A stretch of DNA of 64,000 nucleotides from Podarcis melisellensis (lineage: Eukaryota), in assembly GCA_964234715.1 (NCBI GenBank), contig OZ174280.1. One strand, given 5' to 3'. The notes under the pieces are model-generated. The model was not told where the DNA came from and did no database searches. It worked only from the letters and a program-made list of their open reading frames with translations. Position numbers and translations under genes: made by a program. This document shows positions 1-11,752 of this stretch, piece by piece (position 1 is the first letter of the stretch; the number at the start of each line of letters is the position of its first letter).

Positions 1-333
1 CATTAGGTCACTGAAAAGACGATAATGCTGTGATGTGTTCATTTGGCTGTCAATTTTGATTTTTCCCAAAATTTTGCTTTCTCTTTTTTCCACTCTTAAG
101 TTCATTTCCACGTCAGTTCACTTTTTTCTTTAAGTCTTCACAAACATTTATCCTCATATACACATTTTTCTATGCAATCTAAAAGACACATTTTTGCAAA
201 AGATTTCTATCCCATGTAATGTGTGTTATGTGATTTCTGCAAATATATGCATTTTTAATGCACATTGTTTGGCTGGAGAACTGCATTGCAAAATTCAAAG
301 AAGTGCAAATTTCAAAGGATGGCTATGTCTCAA

Positions 334-482
334 TTCATCCTGGGGGGGAAGTGACAAGTGGGGTGCCGCAGGGTTCTAGCCTGGGCCTGTTGTTGTTCAA
401 CATATAAACAATCTGGGTGAAGGAATTGAAGGGATGCTCATCAAATTTGCAGATAACACCAAACTGAGAGGGGCAGCTAATT
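334..482 (+). mobile_element. CR1 LINE ORF2 reverse-transcriptase fragment (decayed)
   Basis: Encodes EVTSGVPQGS.LG..LFNI...L.EGIEGMLIKFADNTKLRGAAN, the CR1 RT GVPQGS and FADD-like motifs, with frameshifts. Confidence 0.85.
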
Positions 483-1980
483 CCTTGTTTCAGAAAATGC
501 AAACTATGTTGGTTTGCCTTTAAATGGGCACTGGATCAAATTTCTCCTCCATTCCTAGCCGTGTGTTTTGCATTACCCACACACCCACAAAATATTGTAG
601 CATGCAGGTAACAGTACATTTTGCAAAGCCTTGTTCTATAGGAAAAGGAGGCCATTCCAGGGAGGTTATCTCTCCTGAGTTGGTGAGAACCACCCTGGCT
701 TATTAGATTGTATCTTAATTTGTAAGGGTGCTGGAAACTTGCAGAGACAGCTTTCAAATGATTCCAGGACAAAAGCCAAAACATGGTGCTTTCTCCCAAA
801 ATGGTTTCTCTTCCAAGCAGGCCAGCCTAAGGTACATAGCGTTCAGTGCATTTAAAAATCAAATGTATGTTACATCATTTTGGATTACTCCAAGAAAGGT
901 CTCTGTTTACTACATTACCTCATTTGACAGAAGAACCTTTCCCAGCCCTCTGAAATGCAGTTCCCTCATGACATTTGGAAACTTTCCATCTTTGGTATGA
1001 TGCTATTTGTTTTTCACTTTAAAAAGAAAAGAAAAGTCTGTCTATTTCCCTTGTAGTATTTTTCTTTCACCCTCCTCCTCCCGCTTTAACACAAGGAATT
1101 CTGTGACATTGATCAAGCTTCATGGCACATTTGCATTAAAATCAAAATCAGGCTTGTCTTGAATGACTCTCTTCTGTGATCTTCAGATGCTGAAAAGAAA
1201 AGAGGGAAGAAGAAGAAAAGATTCCGAATTTGACTCCTAACCCCATGGCTCAGGGCTTGCTCTATGTGCTCCAGTGATCTAGGGAAAGCAACATGTAGTT
1301 TCTTCCTGAAATCCAATTACAGCACATCCAGTTAGATCTGGCAGTACTGAAGGAAAGCAAAGTGGAGGGGAGGCTGCTTCCTGCTAGGACAGAGATGCAA
1401 CTCAAACAAATTTTTAAGTGGAATCCTAAACATAGTTGCAAGGAAGTAACACCCAGTGAACTCAATGGAGCTTAGGACAGGATTCACTTAATAAAAACCA
1501 TCAGCAGAAGCACTGCTCAGGGACTTCCACTTGCAAAACAGGGCTTTACCCACTCTACATGTCCCATGTCCACCCCCCACAATTGAATATGGGGGCTCAG
1601 GAGAACCCAAAGTGCAATGCATGGGGTAGGAGAGGGGGAATCATTCCACGGCCGTCATTGCACAACATTGAATCCCACCGTTAGTTCTGAGTAAACATGT
1701 TTTGGATCTGGAAGTATAGCCCTATTCACTCATTTAGGAACTGGGAAAATCAGCTCATGGGGGAACATGTGCTAACTCCCCCACCCCATTCCTCTTGTAA
1801 GCTGAAGGGTGGCTGCACAGAGCAAGCAATGTAGAACCCTGTGAAATTAGTCTTGTAGTTTGCTGAAGTGGATGTTGTGATCCTATTGATCCTGTTTATG
1901 ATGACACCATCTTTTATTGTAACATTGCCTTGAGAAAATATTTGATTTTGAAAGGCAACAGATAGAATGATTAAATAATC

Positions 1981-2032
<52 letters not shown>
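1981..2032. repeat. Compound (TG)n(AG)n microsatellite
   Basis: Directly visible dinucleotide runs. Confidence 0.95.
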
Positions 2033-2036
<4 letters not shown>

Positions 2037-3264
2037 GTTTCTGTGCTTGCTTGCATTCATCTCTAGTCACCATTGCTCCTTCCTTTCTTCCTCTCCCTTT
2101 GTCTTGTCTTGGTTCAAATTTCAGGTTGTAAACTCATTGGATCACGGACATTTTGGGAGAACTCACAACCCCACAGAAAGCAAGAAAGTGTTGAGTTGAA
2201 ATGCAGTTCAGAAAACAAACACATTGTTCCATAATTTCTATGGGATGACATAGAAATTAAGTAACACTGACAAATACAAAAATGGTTTTGGAGTAAAATG
2301 CACACCGGTGGGTGATATTATTAAAAGCAACCACTGTGCTCCATTAGCTTTCAGCGTTAGCAGCATGAGTCTTGCAGCTGATGAAGAAACATCTAGAAAC
2401 ACAATGTTCAGTTTCATAACACCCTTAATTAAACTTATTCTTGCTTTCTCTTCTGGGTACATATGTTTTTGCTTACTAATTATAATGATATACTGTCAAA
2501 ATAACATAAATATTTAGACTGCCTTGGTGTACTAGAAACCTATATGCTGCTTCATGGTAATATGAGCTCAACCAGTCTGAGGCTTTCCAGGTTGTTCATT
2601 GCATCAATTTAATGCTTTCTTAACTTCCAGACGCACAACATTTTTATCAGGTCTTCCATTACAACCACTGTGTGGTCACTGTGAGATTGACAACATGGGA
2701 CAAATGTGGATTTGACTGCAAAATCCACCTAACAGCAGTTGGGATTAGCAGTTGAGATCCCAATATTGAAAATCACTCCCCACCTTTTTACAAATCCCAA
2801 ATCTTCTTTATGCTTCTGTTAATTTTTGCTTAATCCGATACCCCTACACAGGAAGAAACACAGCACACAACAAAACCCAAACTACAAATCTCATGTTATA
2901 AGCTATCTCCAACGCCAATCTGTGAACTCTCCACAACCATGTTTTAAACTGTGCTGTGTGACTAATCTTGTTCTCCCATACTTCTATTGTTTCTTGTTAA
3001 AAGAATAAATTGGATTGATCTTGATCTCTGATAAAATATAAAGTGGTTTGAAGAGAAAATGTACAGCTTATTGATATGTTTGTGTGTCACTGAAAAGATG
3101 CCTTCAGCATATATTTCTATAGATTTCTTATTTCAAGAATTAAAGTTCTTTACCATTGTTCCAAAGGTCCTAGCAGCAGGAACAACCACTTTGTGTTACT
3201 TTCACCATGCCTCCTTTCATTTTCAGCAAGTGGACGCAGGAAAGAATCCCAGAGATATTTAAAC

Positions 3265-3395
3265 ATGTGCTTCTGGGCTGATACGAAATCAGTCCGTTTG
3301 ACCTTGCATGACTTGCCCTGACTGGAAGTAGCTTTCCGGGGTCATGGGCAGAGGTGTTTCCTAGAACCTGCTCACCTGACCCTTAATACTGATAA
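3265..3395 (-). mobile_element. Old Squam3-like SINE fragment
   Basis: Degenerate reverse-complement similarity to the SINE at 49195-49372. Confidence 0.4.
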
Positions 3396-6069
3396 AACTA
3401 GTGGTTGAACTTCTGACCTGCAGGCATAACATGTGCTCTGTCACTGAGCTGCTTCTGCTCTTTAGTGAAACTTGTGATTATGTGGTTGTGCAAGCATAGG
3501 GTCAGGAACTGCCTGGGCAACATTGCAGTGCGTGAGGCAGAGGCTGCCCTTCCCTGTTGACCTATGCACCCTGTACTACACTGCCATGGGAGTTTTGCAT
3601 CCACCCTCCATATGGCAATATCTTCTCCAGGGCTGCACATATCGACTGCTAGCTTGCAGAAGGGCCATAGCCCAGTGGCAGAGTGCATGTTCTACCTGCA
3701 AAAGATCCAAGCTCCATGAGTGACTTCCAGGGCTGTGCAGGTGGACCTGCATTGCCCTCCTGACTTTTCACTGTTGTACCTCACTGCTGTTTGCTGAGAC
3801 GGAGAGGGGGAGACAGCAGGGAGCTCAGCATGGTGTGGGTGCAGCGCTGGGAGTGTCAGATTGTTTGCACCTCAGACCCTGCATCAGGCTGAGCACCCAA
3901 CTGAATTGCCTCTCCCAGTAACCAGCAGCGACACATAGCGTTGTAAAGTCCAGAGAGCAACACAGCCCCACCCACCCAGCTCGGTCAGATGCCACTGCCA
4001 GGTTCTTCACATATGGCTGGGAAAGACTTTTGCCTATGGTGCTTCAAATGATTTCAACTTCTATCCAGCCCTGCCAGCTTGGCCAATGGTCAGAGTTGGT
4101 GGAAGGTTTATTCTGCAACTAATTGTAGTTGTATGAGCTCCGGAGGGCAACAGGTTCCCCATACCTGCCTGTCCTACCTGCACACAGGCAGGCAAATCCA
4201 TCGTGCTCATTAGGAATAATGGCGAAATAGTCACTCTGAAGCAGCTGCATGGTCCTATTGGCACTAGGCCCCAAAAGCAGAAATAAGGATCATAGAGGTG
4301 AATCTTGGGAAAATGTGATTTTTAATATCCCTTTTTGTCCTGATTTAAATGTCAGATGTTTTAAGACCTTGAAATAAAAAGACCCTGTCTGCAAGAGGAA
4401 GGGAACCTTTGAATCTAACCATATACATTTTAAGTTTCATTGTTGTGTAACAAAAAACCTACATTCATAAGCTTAAGATGGAGATAGCTGGCAACAGGAG
4501 GTTTGTGAATCTTCTCTGATCTGTATTTCTATGGCAGGGAAGAACAGTTGAGGATGAATTAACAGAAGCATTTTCCATGATCTGAAAATTAACAAGGCTG
4601 GTTTAGCTAGGCTCAAACATTCTTTTCTGTTATTATTTTTTCTTCCAGATGCTACAGTCCAAGGAAATTATTTATGAGAGGAAAAGGATTTGGGGAACAG
4701 CTAAGAAAGTGAGTTGTAATTGAGAAGCTTGAAGAAATGGAATGTGCCTCATTAACAAATGAAAAATGACAGCTACCTGTAGTTAGCTATTGTTTTTCTG
4801 TTGGCTCCTATTGTGTGTTGGATTCAAGGCTGGCTGTTTTGTCTCAGTTATAGTTTTACCAAAACGATGGTGCAAACAAGAACTAAGGGGATGTTCCAAA
4901 CCAAAGATCTGCCAGGATGAACATGTTAGGACGTGATGAATCTCTGGCACAGTCCCTCATCCCAGCTCAGATGGATCCTAGCTCCATTCTGCTCCATCAC
5001 ACAACCTGGAAACCCAGCAGAACTTAACGCTGGCCAAAAAGGGTGGTGTAAGTTAAACTCTGTTTTAAAGGTTTGTTCCCCCTCTGACAAGCTCAGGCTG
5101 GCTCAGCAAGCAGTAGTCTCACTCCTGAATGGTATTTGAATCTGGCATACTTTATATTGTCTTAATTTAAAGTGGCATAAATTATGCTGGCTTCCCATAG
5201 TGAGGATTGCTCTCTTAGTTGTGATAATGGGGTATTTGGATTAAGCTTCCTCCTATTCCTAAGAGGCCATGAGATTCAATCCATCTTCAGCATTCCCACC
5301 TTCAAGAGGTCTATGATTGCCAGTTAAAAGTGTATAATTACAAAAGTATCTCTTTACCTTGCTTTGTTCCTAAACCTGTTACTGAGAATTAATAACAGTG
5401 CTCTTATTAACCTTTAACGTATTTCCTTTGTGCTTAGCAATCTACAAAAATAGTATCCTCCTTTTGTTTCTGTTTACTTCCTTTAGAATTCTGGTATGGA
5501 ACTCCTAGGGAATTTTAGGTCCATTGCCTACGCTGAACCGTCAAAAGATATTAAAAGTCTTCTAGCATTTCCTCTTCTCCCATGGAGTTATATCTACTAT
5601 CTAGGACGTGACGGTCTCACTTGCAACAGTAAACAATTTGTTAAACTTCTTCACAATAACGACATCATCTGTCATTAGTCTCTATCTCTGTTTCCAAGCA
5701 GACCTGCTGACTCCTTGTCAGTTCCTTCATAGGTATTTAAAGAACATCTTAATGTTCATCTTGATTTCCTTTGCTATTTGTGCTCTATAACTATGGTCGT
5801 CATTCTCACTCCCAACTGCCTTCTACTTTATTTAACTACATAGTTCATCTTCAAGGTTACAGCTGAAGAGGGTAATCAGCAAGGCCCATTCTGTGGGAAG
5901 AGTACAGACAGATGCATCTTCAAAGGCAATCATTCTGAAGATGGTGACAAACTAAAATCTGTCCCCTGGTTTCAGTAACTTTGCTTCACCTTGGGCCCAA
6001 CCTCAAAATATTGCAAAATGTGTTTTTATACCTTAAGCCCCTATCTATTGCATAGCCGTCACCATTTTT

Positions 6070-6430
6070 GCACTGTGTGAATAACTTTCTGCTTTTGTCT
6101 GTTCTAAACCTGCTGCCAATCAGATTCGATTTTAGGAGAGGCAACATCATTTTCACATTTCTAACACTATCCATCGTATTATTAGCTTCTGTATGCACTT
6201 CTCTCCTTTGTAATTCTTTCCTCAAGTAGTCCTACCTCTTAAATATATCCTCCTCACAGGAAAGATGTTTGAGTGCTTTACATCTTAGCCTCCCTTTTAT
6301 ATATCTACAGCTCAGCAATATCTTTTCAGCAAGGTGGGGATAAGAACCACACTTGGTATTCCACAAGTGATATACAACTGGTTAACAGAACGACGTTTTG
6401 ATACCTGCTGCTTTACTTTCAGTTCCTTTC
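6070..6430 (-). mobile_element. Decayed CR1 LINE 3' fragment
   Basis: Resembles the antisense of the CR1 ORF2 C-terminal region (ttgtctgttctaaacctgctgccaatcag ... agaaccacacttggtattcca). Confidence 0.6.
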
Positions 6431-8399
6431 TTTACCTTCCTGTTTTCTAAACTGAATTTTCCCCTTTTCCCAACACTAAAGTTTTCAGTGAGTGTTCATT
6501 GTGAGCCCTCGATCTGTTGCAGCCAGTTTAGTGTCTATGTGGGAGAGATAATGCGTTTGTGATTCCACCTCTTGCTATGCTTGTTTTCTATTGAATTTTT
6601 TTTATTGAATGGAACATTAAAGCTAGCATCTCCCTTCTGCAATTTGAAGCAATACAGGCCCTAGTGACAGTCCAAAAGTAATTGGAAGAAAATATCTAGC
6701 TCAATCCAGTAGCTTTTTTTATGACAGTATTGCAATCTCTGAGCAATGGCACATTTTGAAACATATTTAAAAATGTATTTTGGAGGTACATTGGTACCCA
6801 TAACTGTCTCCCCTCCCATGTTTTTAATTGTGTGTGATTTCCCCACACTCATCCAGTTTGTATACATTGGAAAGTGTTTGGGGAGATAAAAGTTGCTCTT
6901 TAATTTCTAGGGTAACACTACTGCATGCCAACCTCACATTTTGACTGCTTGCATTAATGACTATAATAAATCAAAATGATTAAAAGTCTTAGCCTTAATA
7001 GAAATGTTTGTTTTTGTAATCTTACTTGTTTCAGATCTCGATCAGACCAGATAGTCATTTCACTTTACTGTTATAATATTGCTTTGGCACAAATCTGGTG
7101 CAAGTATTAATACAAAATCAAGTTTCCTGTAGGGCAGTTGTTGGAAACGATCTTGAAACCAAAACCAAAATAATGTCAGTTTTCACTTCTATAGGTTCAA
7201 TGTAACATATACATATCTGGCAGGCTGATGGAGGAGACTACCCCTTGCGTGTATCTGTGTGCCAGGAAACCAGAAACCATGAATTTGAATCTTGATTTTT
7301 ATATAGAAGTTTTCTTGGATGCCTCCTAGCTTTTGACTCTTGCATTCTTAATGCCTGTTTGTGGTTGAGAGACTGGATTTGCAGACATTTGCAACAGTCT
7401 CCAGATGAGTAACAGAACAATAAACAAGGCACCAACTTCTAGTGTTATTTGGAGCACCTGTAATGGATGGGGCAGGAGGGGGCTGAGCCTTCCTTTCTTC
7501 TTTTGCTTAAGCATTCCAGGGTTGATTAGTGTCCTTTCCTTTAATGAAATCATCTACCGTTATTCTCTGGTTTGGAGCTAACAACAGCAATTACACTAGT
7601 GCCTTATAGCCTGAGTGTCGAACAATGATCACGAAAGGTATACAATGACATATTATTCTGCTCCAGCTTGCAGAGACAACAGTGATCCACCTCCTTGCTG
7701 AGGATTTCCTAATGATTTCTACTCCAAATGCAACAGGAACATAGCAAGCTAATTTTCTTTTGCTAGTTTAAAATAATGTATTGCTAAACATTGGACTAAA
7801 AATGGGAGGACTAACCAGCTAACCAAGTTTTAATCAGTATCAACCAGTGTATAATGATGGATCGAGAAGGTGCTGAAAAGGCAAGGGACACTCCAATTTC
7901 AGGCATGCTTGGGGGAAGGAGACTATCTGGCCCCGTTTCAATCCAGCTTTGGGCTCAAGTTCAGCAACAAAACTGCCTCACTCACCCTGGTTGACCTTTG
8001 TTAGGAGAGTGACAGAGGAAGAACAACCTTTTCGTTTCTCCTTAACCTCTCAACGTTTGTTACCTGTGATCACTGTGTCCTCCCAATGTGTTTTTGAGGG
8101 TTGGGAGTTGGGTTTTACCATGGTTCCACTCCCACCTCCAAGGCCAATTTCAAGAGTAGCAATGGGAGACTACTGTTCAGCATCATGCAAGCTATCTTGT
8201 GGGGTTCCCTGGGGGTAATCTTGTCCTCTGTGCTTTTTAACGTTTAAATGAAGCATGTCACCAGGGATTTGGTGTGCGGTGTTATCATTATAGTGATGAC
8301 ACCCAACCCTCTCTCTCCATTCCATCTCAAGTCTGGGAAGTTGGGAGAAGTCCAGTTCTGGATGGCATTGCACACCTTTGGAAGAAACAGGTATGTAGC

Positions 8400-9030
8400 T
8401 TAGAAGCTACTCCTTGATCCATCTATATCAATTGAGCCCCAGGTGGCCTCTGTGACCAGCTTCGGTTAGTTCATCAATTATGCCCTTTGCTAGATAGGGA
8501 TATCTTGAGCATAGCAATCCATGTTCTGATAATGTTCAGATTGGACTACACAAGAGCTACCTTTGAAGACAATCTGGAAGCTGCAACTACAGCAGAATGA
8601 AGCCATGAGGCTGCTTGTGGGTACCTCTGCCAGACACATACTATGCACTCTTGGAAGTCCTCAAATTTGCTACTGAAGCCTATTTAAGATGTTAACACTG
8701 GCATATGAAGTGCTCAGTGACTTGGGCCTCCAATATTTGAAGAAGCAGCTCCTTCCACATTGACTTGTCTGGGAGTTGATCATTAGGAGAGCTCCTATTG
8801 TGTTGGACACCCCCCCCCCATTCTGCGGTTTGAGAGACAGTGGTGCATGAGGTCTTCTCTGTGGTTATGGAGGTGCATCTAGCACAATCAACATATGTTT
8901 TTCAATGATTGCTCAAGATGCGCCTCTTTGCTTGTTCCTGCACTGCATTTCTGCTATTCTGTCATTGTGACTTTATGATTTTAATGACATTTGAATTGTG
9001 ATACTTTTGTAACCCACCCTGCAACCATGT
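8400..9030 (+). mobile_element. Decayed L2-like LINE 3' region
   Basis: Degenerate RLDY..LPLKTIWKLQLQQNEAMRLL-type ORF2 C-terminal coding remnant followed by a T-rich tail. Confidence 0.65.
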
Positions 9031-9536
9031 GAATAGTATAAAAGTTGAGCTCTTCTCTTATGGAGTCTTCTGCACAAACCTTGCATGGTGCTGATTCAGG
9101 ACCCTAAACCGTGTTTTATATAAATGACTTTTATTTTGTTCTGTGTATATTGCAATGTTTTTTGTTGCTATGGCCAACAGCTGAGGCAAATAAAGTTTCT
9201 TTCATTCATTCAACCTTGCATGGTGCTGTCCAGTGTATCACTAAAGAATTGGCTCACCTGCCTCCATGCTGTTGAGGTCAATGCTCAAAACAGAACATCA
9301 TTTGGGCTATATGTTAACAGCTTTGTAAAATATTCAACAGGTACTACTGAGCTGTATTCTACATAACCTCTCATCACCATTGGTATGTAGATATGCACAG
9401 AACACTAAACCCCTTTTGTATAAAATTTTCCAAGGAAATATCAGTCTTGGTATAATCTTCCATTTCATTTAGGCTCCAAGGAATAGTCAAAATGGAGAAT
9501 ATGGGTGCACAGCATTATTAATTTGTGCCTGAAACA

Positions 9537-9542
9537 TTTATT
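9537..9542 (-). terminator. Distal polyadenylation signal AATAAA of PLPP3
   Basis: tttatt on the + strand at the end of an AU-rich tract, preceded by a UGUA element in the transcript. Confidence 0.65.
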
Positions 9543-10617
9543 TATAAAGCACATTTATACAGCATTTTTTTGTGTGTTTTTTCTTTTGCAAATACAAACT
9601 TTAATTTTGTACTCTACAAAAAGTCTTGCATATTCCTCTTTTTACAAAAAAAGAAACATTACAAAAATACAGACAATTTAATATGGTTTTTATACAATTG
9701 TCTTTAGTTGTTACTTTCATTAAAATATTGCTACCACAGAACTACAATATTTTAGTCGACTATAAAAAATTAAGTCAATGCTTTTTGTTTTAAGCAGCAA
9801 CATGTAAATAACACAGGTCAAAACACAGTTTATGATCATAGTGGATATATCTAAAATTGTTTCAGAAATAATATTTTACATAGTTAATTTTTAATGTTTT
9901 ATACATTATTTATATAATATTTATATATATTTATATATATTTATATTTATAAAAAAAAATCATAGCTTGCTAGAATTGAAATGATAGGACGGAGTTTGCA
10001 TGGCAAAGATGTGCAAAGCTCAGTCTGCCCTGGTTAGCATCAGCAGTTCAGTCCTTTTAAGGTTTTTAAGAACTGTCTTTTGGAATTGCAATTGAAAGCC
10101 TAGAAGTGGGTCTCTTCTGGTTTACTTTCTTCGCATGCCCTTGGTGTTGCTGAGAGCAGCATTTAGCCTAGTCTGTAATGAATAGTCGAAAATGATCCCT
10201 TTTCAAGCCATGGGAATTACAAAAGGGATTTGACTGAACATCAGGCTAAGACGGTCCCGCCCAGCAGTCCGCCCGATAGCTGGAGGAGTTGCCTTCTGAG
10301 TCTCAACCCCAGAGCCAATAGTGCTAACATAGATCAACAAGGCTGACCACAAACAAGGTATCCGTATGTTCAGAAAATACTTCTGTTATTTGAGTCAATG
10401 GTAAAAGGGGATTTTTTTTTAATTAAAAAACTAGGCCACCAAGCATAATACTATGCAGGCTGGACAATTCATACAGTACTGTTGACATTAGATATTAGAG
10501 GCATGGGTCCCATATTTCTTGTGTTGTCCCTTATTTGCACCCCCAACCTGCTTTCCAAAGTATTAGTGATGAGAATAATCGTGAACATGGAGAATGTCAT
10601 ACAGAAAGTGAGGGATA

Positions 10618-10897
10618 AAAAAGGTAAAGGTACCCCTGCCCTTAAGGGCCAGTCTTGCCAGACTCTAGGGTTGTGCGCTCATCTCACTCTAGAGGCCAGG
10701 AGCCAGCGCTGTCCGCAGACACTTCCAGGTCACGTGGCCAGCGTGACAAGCTGCATCTGGCGAGCCAGCACAGCACACGGAACGCCGTTTACCTTCCCGC
10801 TAGGAAGCGGTCCTTATTTATCTACTTGCGCCCAGGGGTGCTTTCGAACTGCTAGGTTGGCAGGCGCTGGGACCGAGCGGCGGGAGCGCACCCCGCC
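10618..10897 (-). mobile_element. 5'-truncated Sauria SINE inserted in the PLPP3 3'UTR
   Basis: Reverse complement of the Sauria SINE body with (ACCTTT)n tail. Perfect 14-bp TSD GAAAGTGAGGGATA at 10604-10617 and 10898-10911. CpG-rich. Confidence 0.93.
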
Positions 10898-11405
10898 GAA
10901 AGTGAGGGATAGGTGAAAACAAATATGGAATGACTCTTTACAACCAGGGATACTGGTGAAGCAGGCTGGGTTGCATTTAGAAAGTGGATTCTACACCTAA
11001 CTGGAAATAGAAAAATACTGTCTTGCAGAATTGTGTAGTGGAAATAGGCACTTTTCTAAGATTTTACTGGGTATACATCTCCAAAACCAAAAGTAAGTTC
11101 CGAATTGGAATGGAGATAAAGAAAACCAATAAAATAAGAGGTTACACTTAGAAAGTGATCACAAATCATGAATCAGTGCTTATTTTTCATAGATAGTGCT
11201 ATAATCTAGTTGGCAAGGATTTTTCTCTCCCCTCTCTCACTTAATAGGAATTGAAAACTGTCATGGCAAATAAAAGAAGCAGAAGCAGAGATGGCCAGTT
11301 TCCTAGAAATCATTTAGTGTTCATTAAGCTATGAACAATTCAGCATTCACTACAACATGAACACTCAGCCAATTGCACATTTAGAATTCCTGCATCGTGT
11401 TTTGA

Positions 11406-11411
11406 TTTATT
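11406..11411 (-). terminator. Candidate proximal polyadenylation signal AATAAA
   Basis: tttatt on the + strand about 215 nt after the stop. A GU-rich element (GAGTGTTCATGTTGTAGTG) follows downstream in the transcript. Confidence 0.35.
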
Positions 11412-11626
11412 TCGTAATTGTTGCCTTTGACTTACTTGAACAACACCCATTTTATGCAAATGTTGTGAGTGTAAAAAAGGCCACAGAGTCAGACCTCATT
11501 GGTCAGGCAAGAGTCTCTCCCTACATTCTACTGTCTGATGAGATTGAGAGCAGCAGGTAGTTGCTGTCAGCAGTCATTTTGCAAAAACAAAACAAAAACA
11601 AAAATATATATATATTTGTCAAATGT

Positions 11627-11752
11627 CTACACCATGTTGTGATGATTGTTCCGATCAAGGATATCCACAGGTGAAAGTAACTCCTTCCGGATTGGAGGTG
11701 GGGGCAGAGAAATCTTTGTTTTCTCCTTGAAGAGGTCTGAGACATAGAACAC
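11627..11752 (-). CDS. PLPP3: Phospholipid phosphatase 3, last coding exon (126 nt including TAG stop)
   Basis: Acceptor ttttatttacag|. Translates VFYVSDLFKEKTKISLPPPPIRKELLSPVDILDRNNHHNMV*. Shares its stop with track ORF 11627..11842. Confidence 0.96.
   Translation of the reverse strand: MFYVSDLFKEKTKISLPPPPIRKELLSPVDILDRNNHHNMV

Larger units (their letters stand above)
9520..11626 (-). other. PLPP3: PLPP3 3'UTR (approximate)
   Basis: AU-rich sequence after the stop codon, ending in TGTATAAATGTGCTTTATAAATAAATGTTTC on the minus strand. Confidence 0.7.

Noticed and set aside
10482-10916. 144-aa plus-strand ORF
   Set aside because: Mostly the antisense of the Sauria SINE. Similar pseudo-peptides arise at the SINEs at 38996 and 52340.
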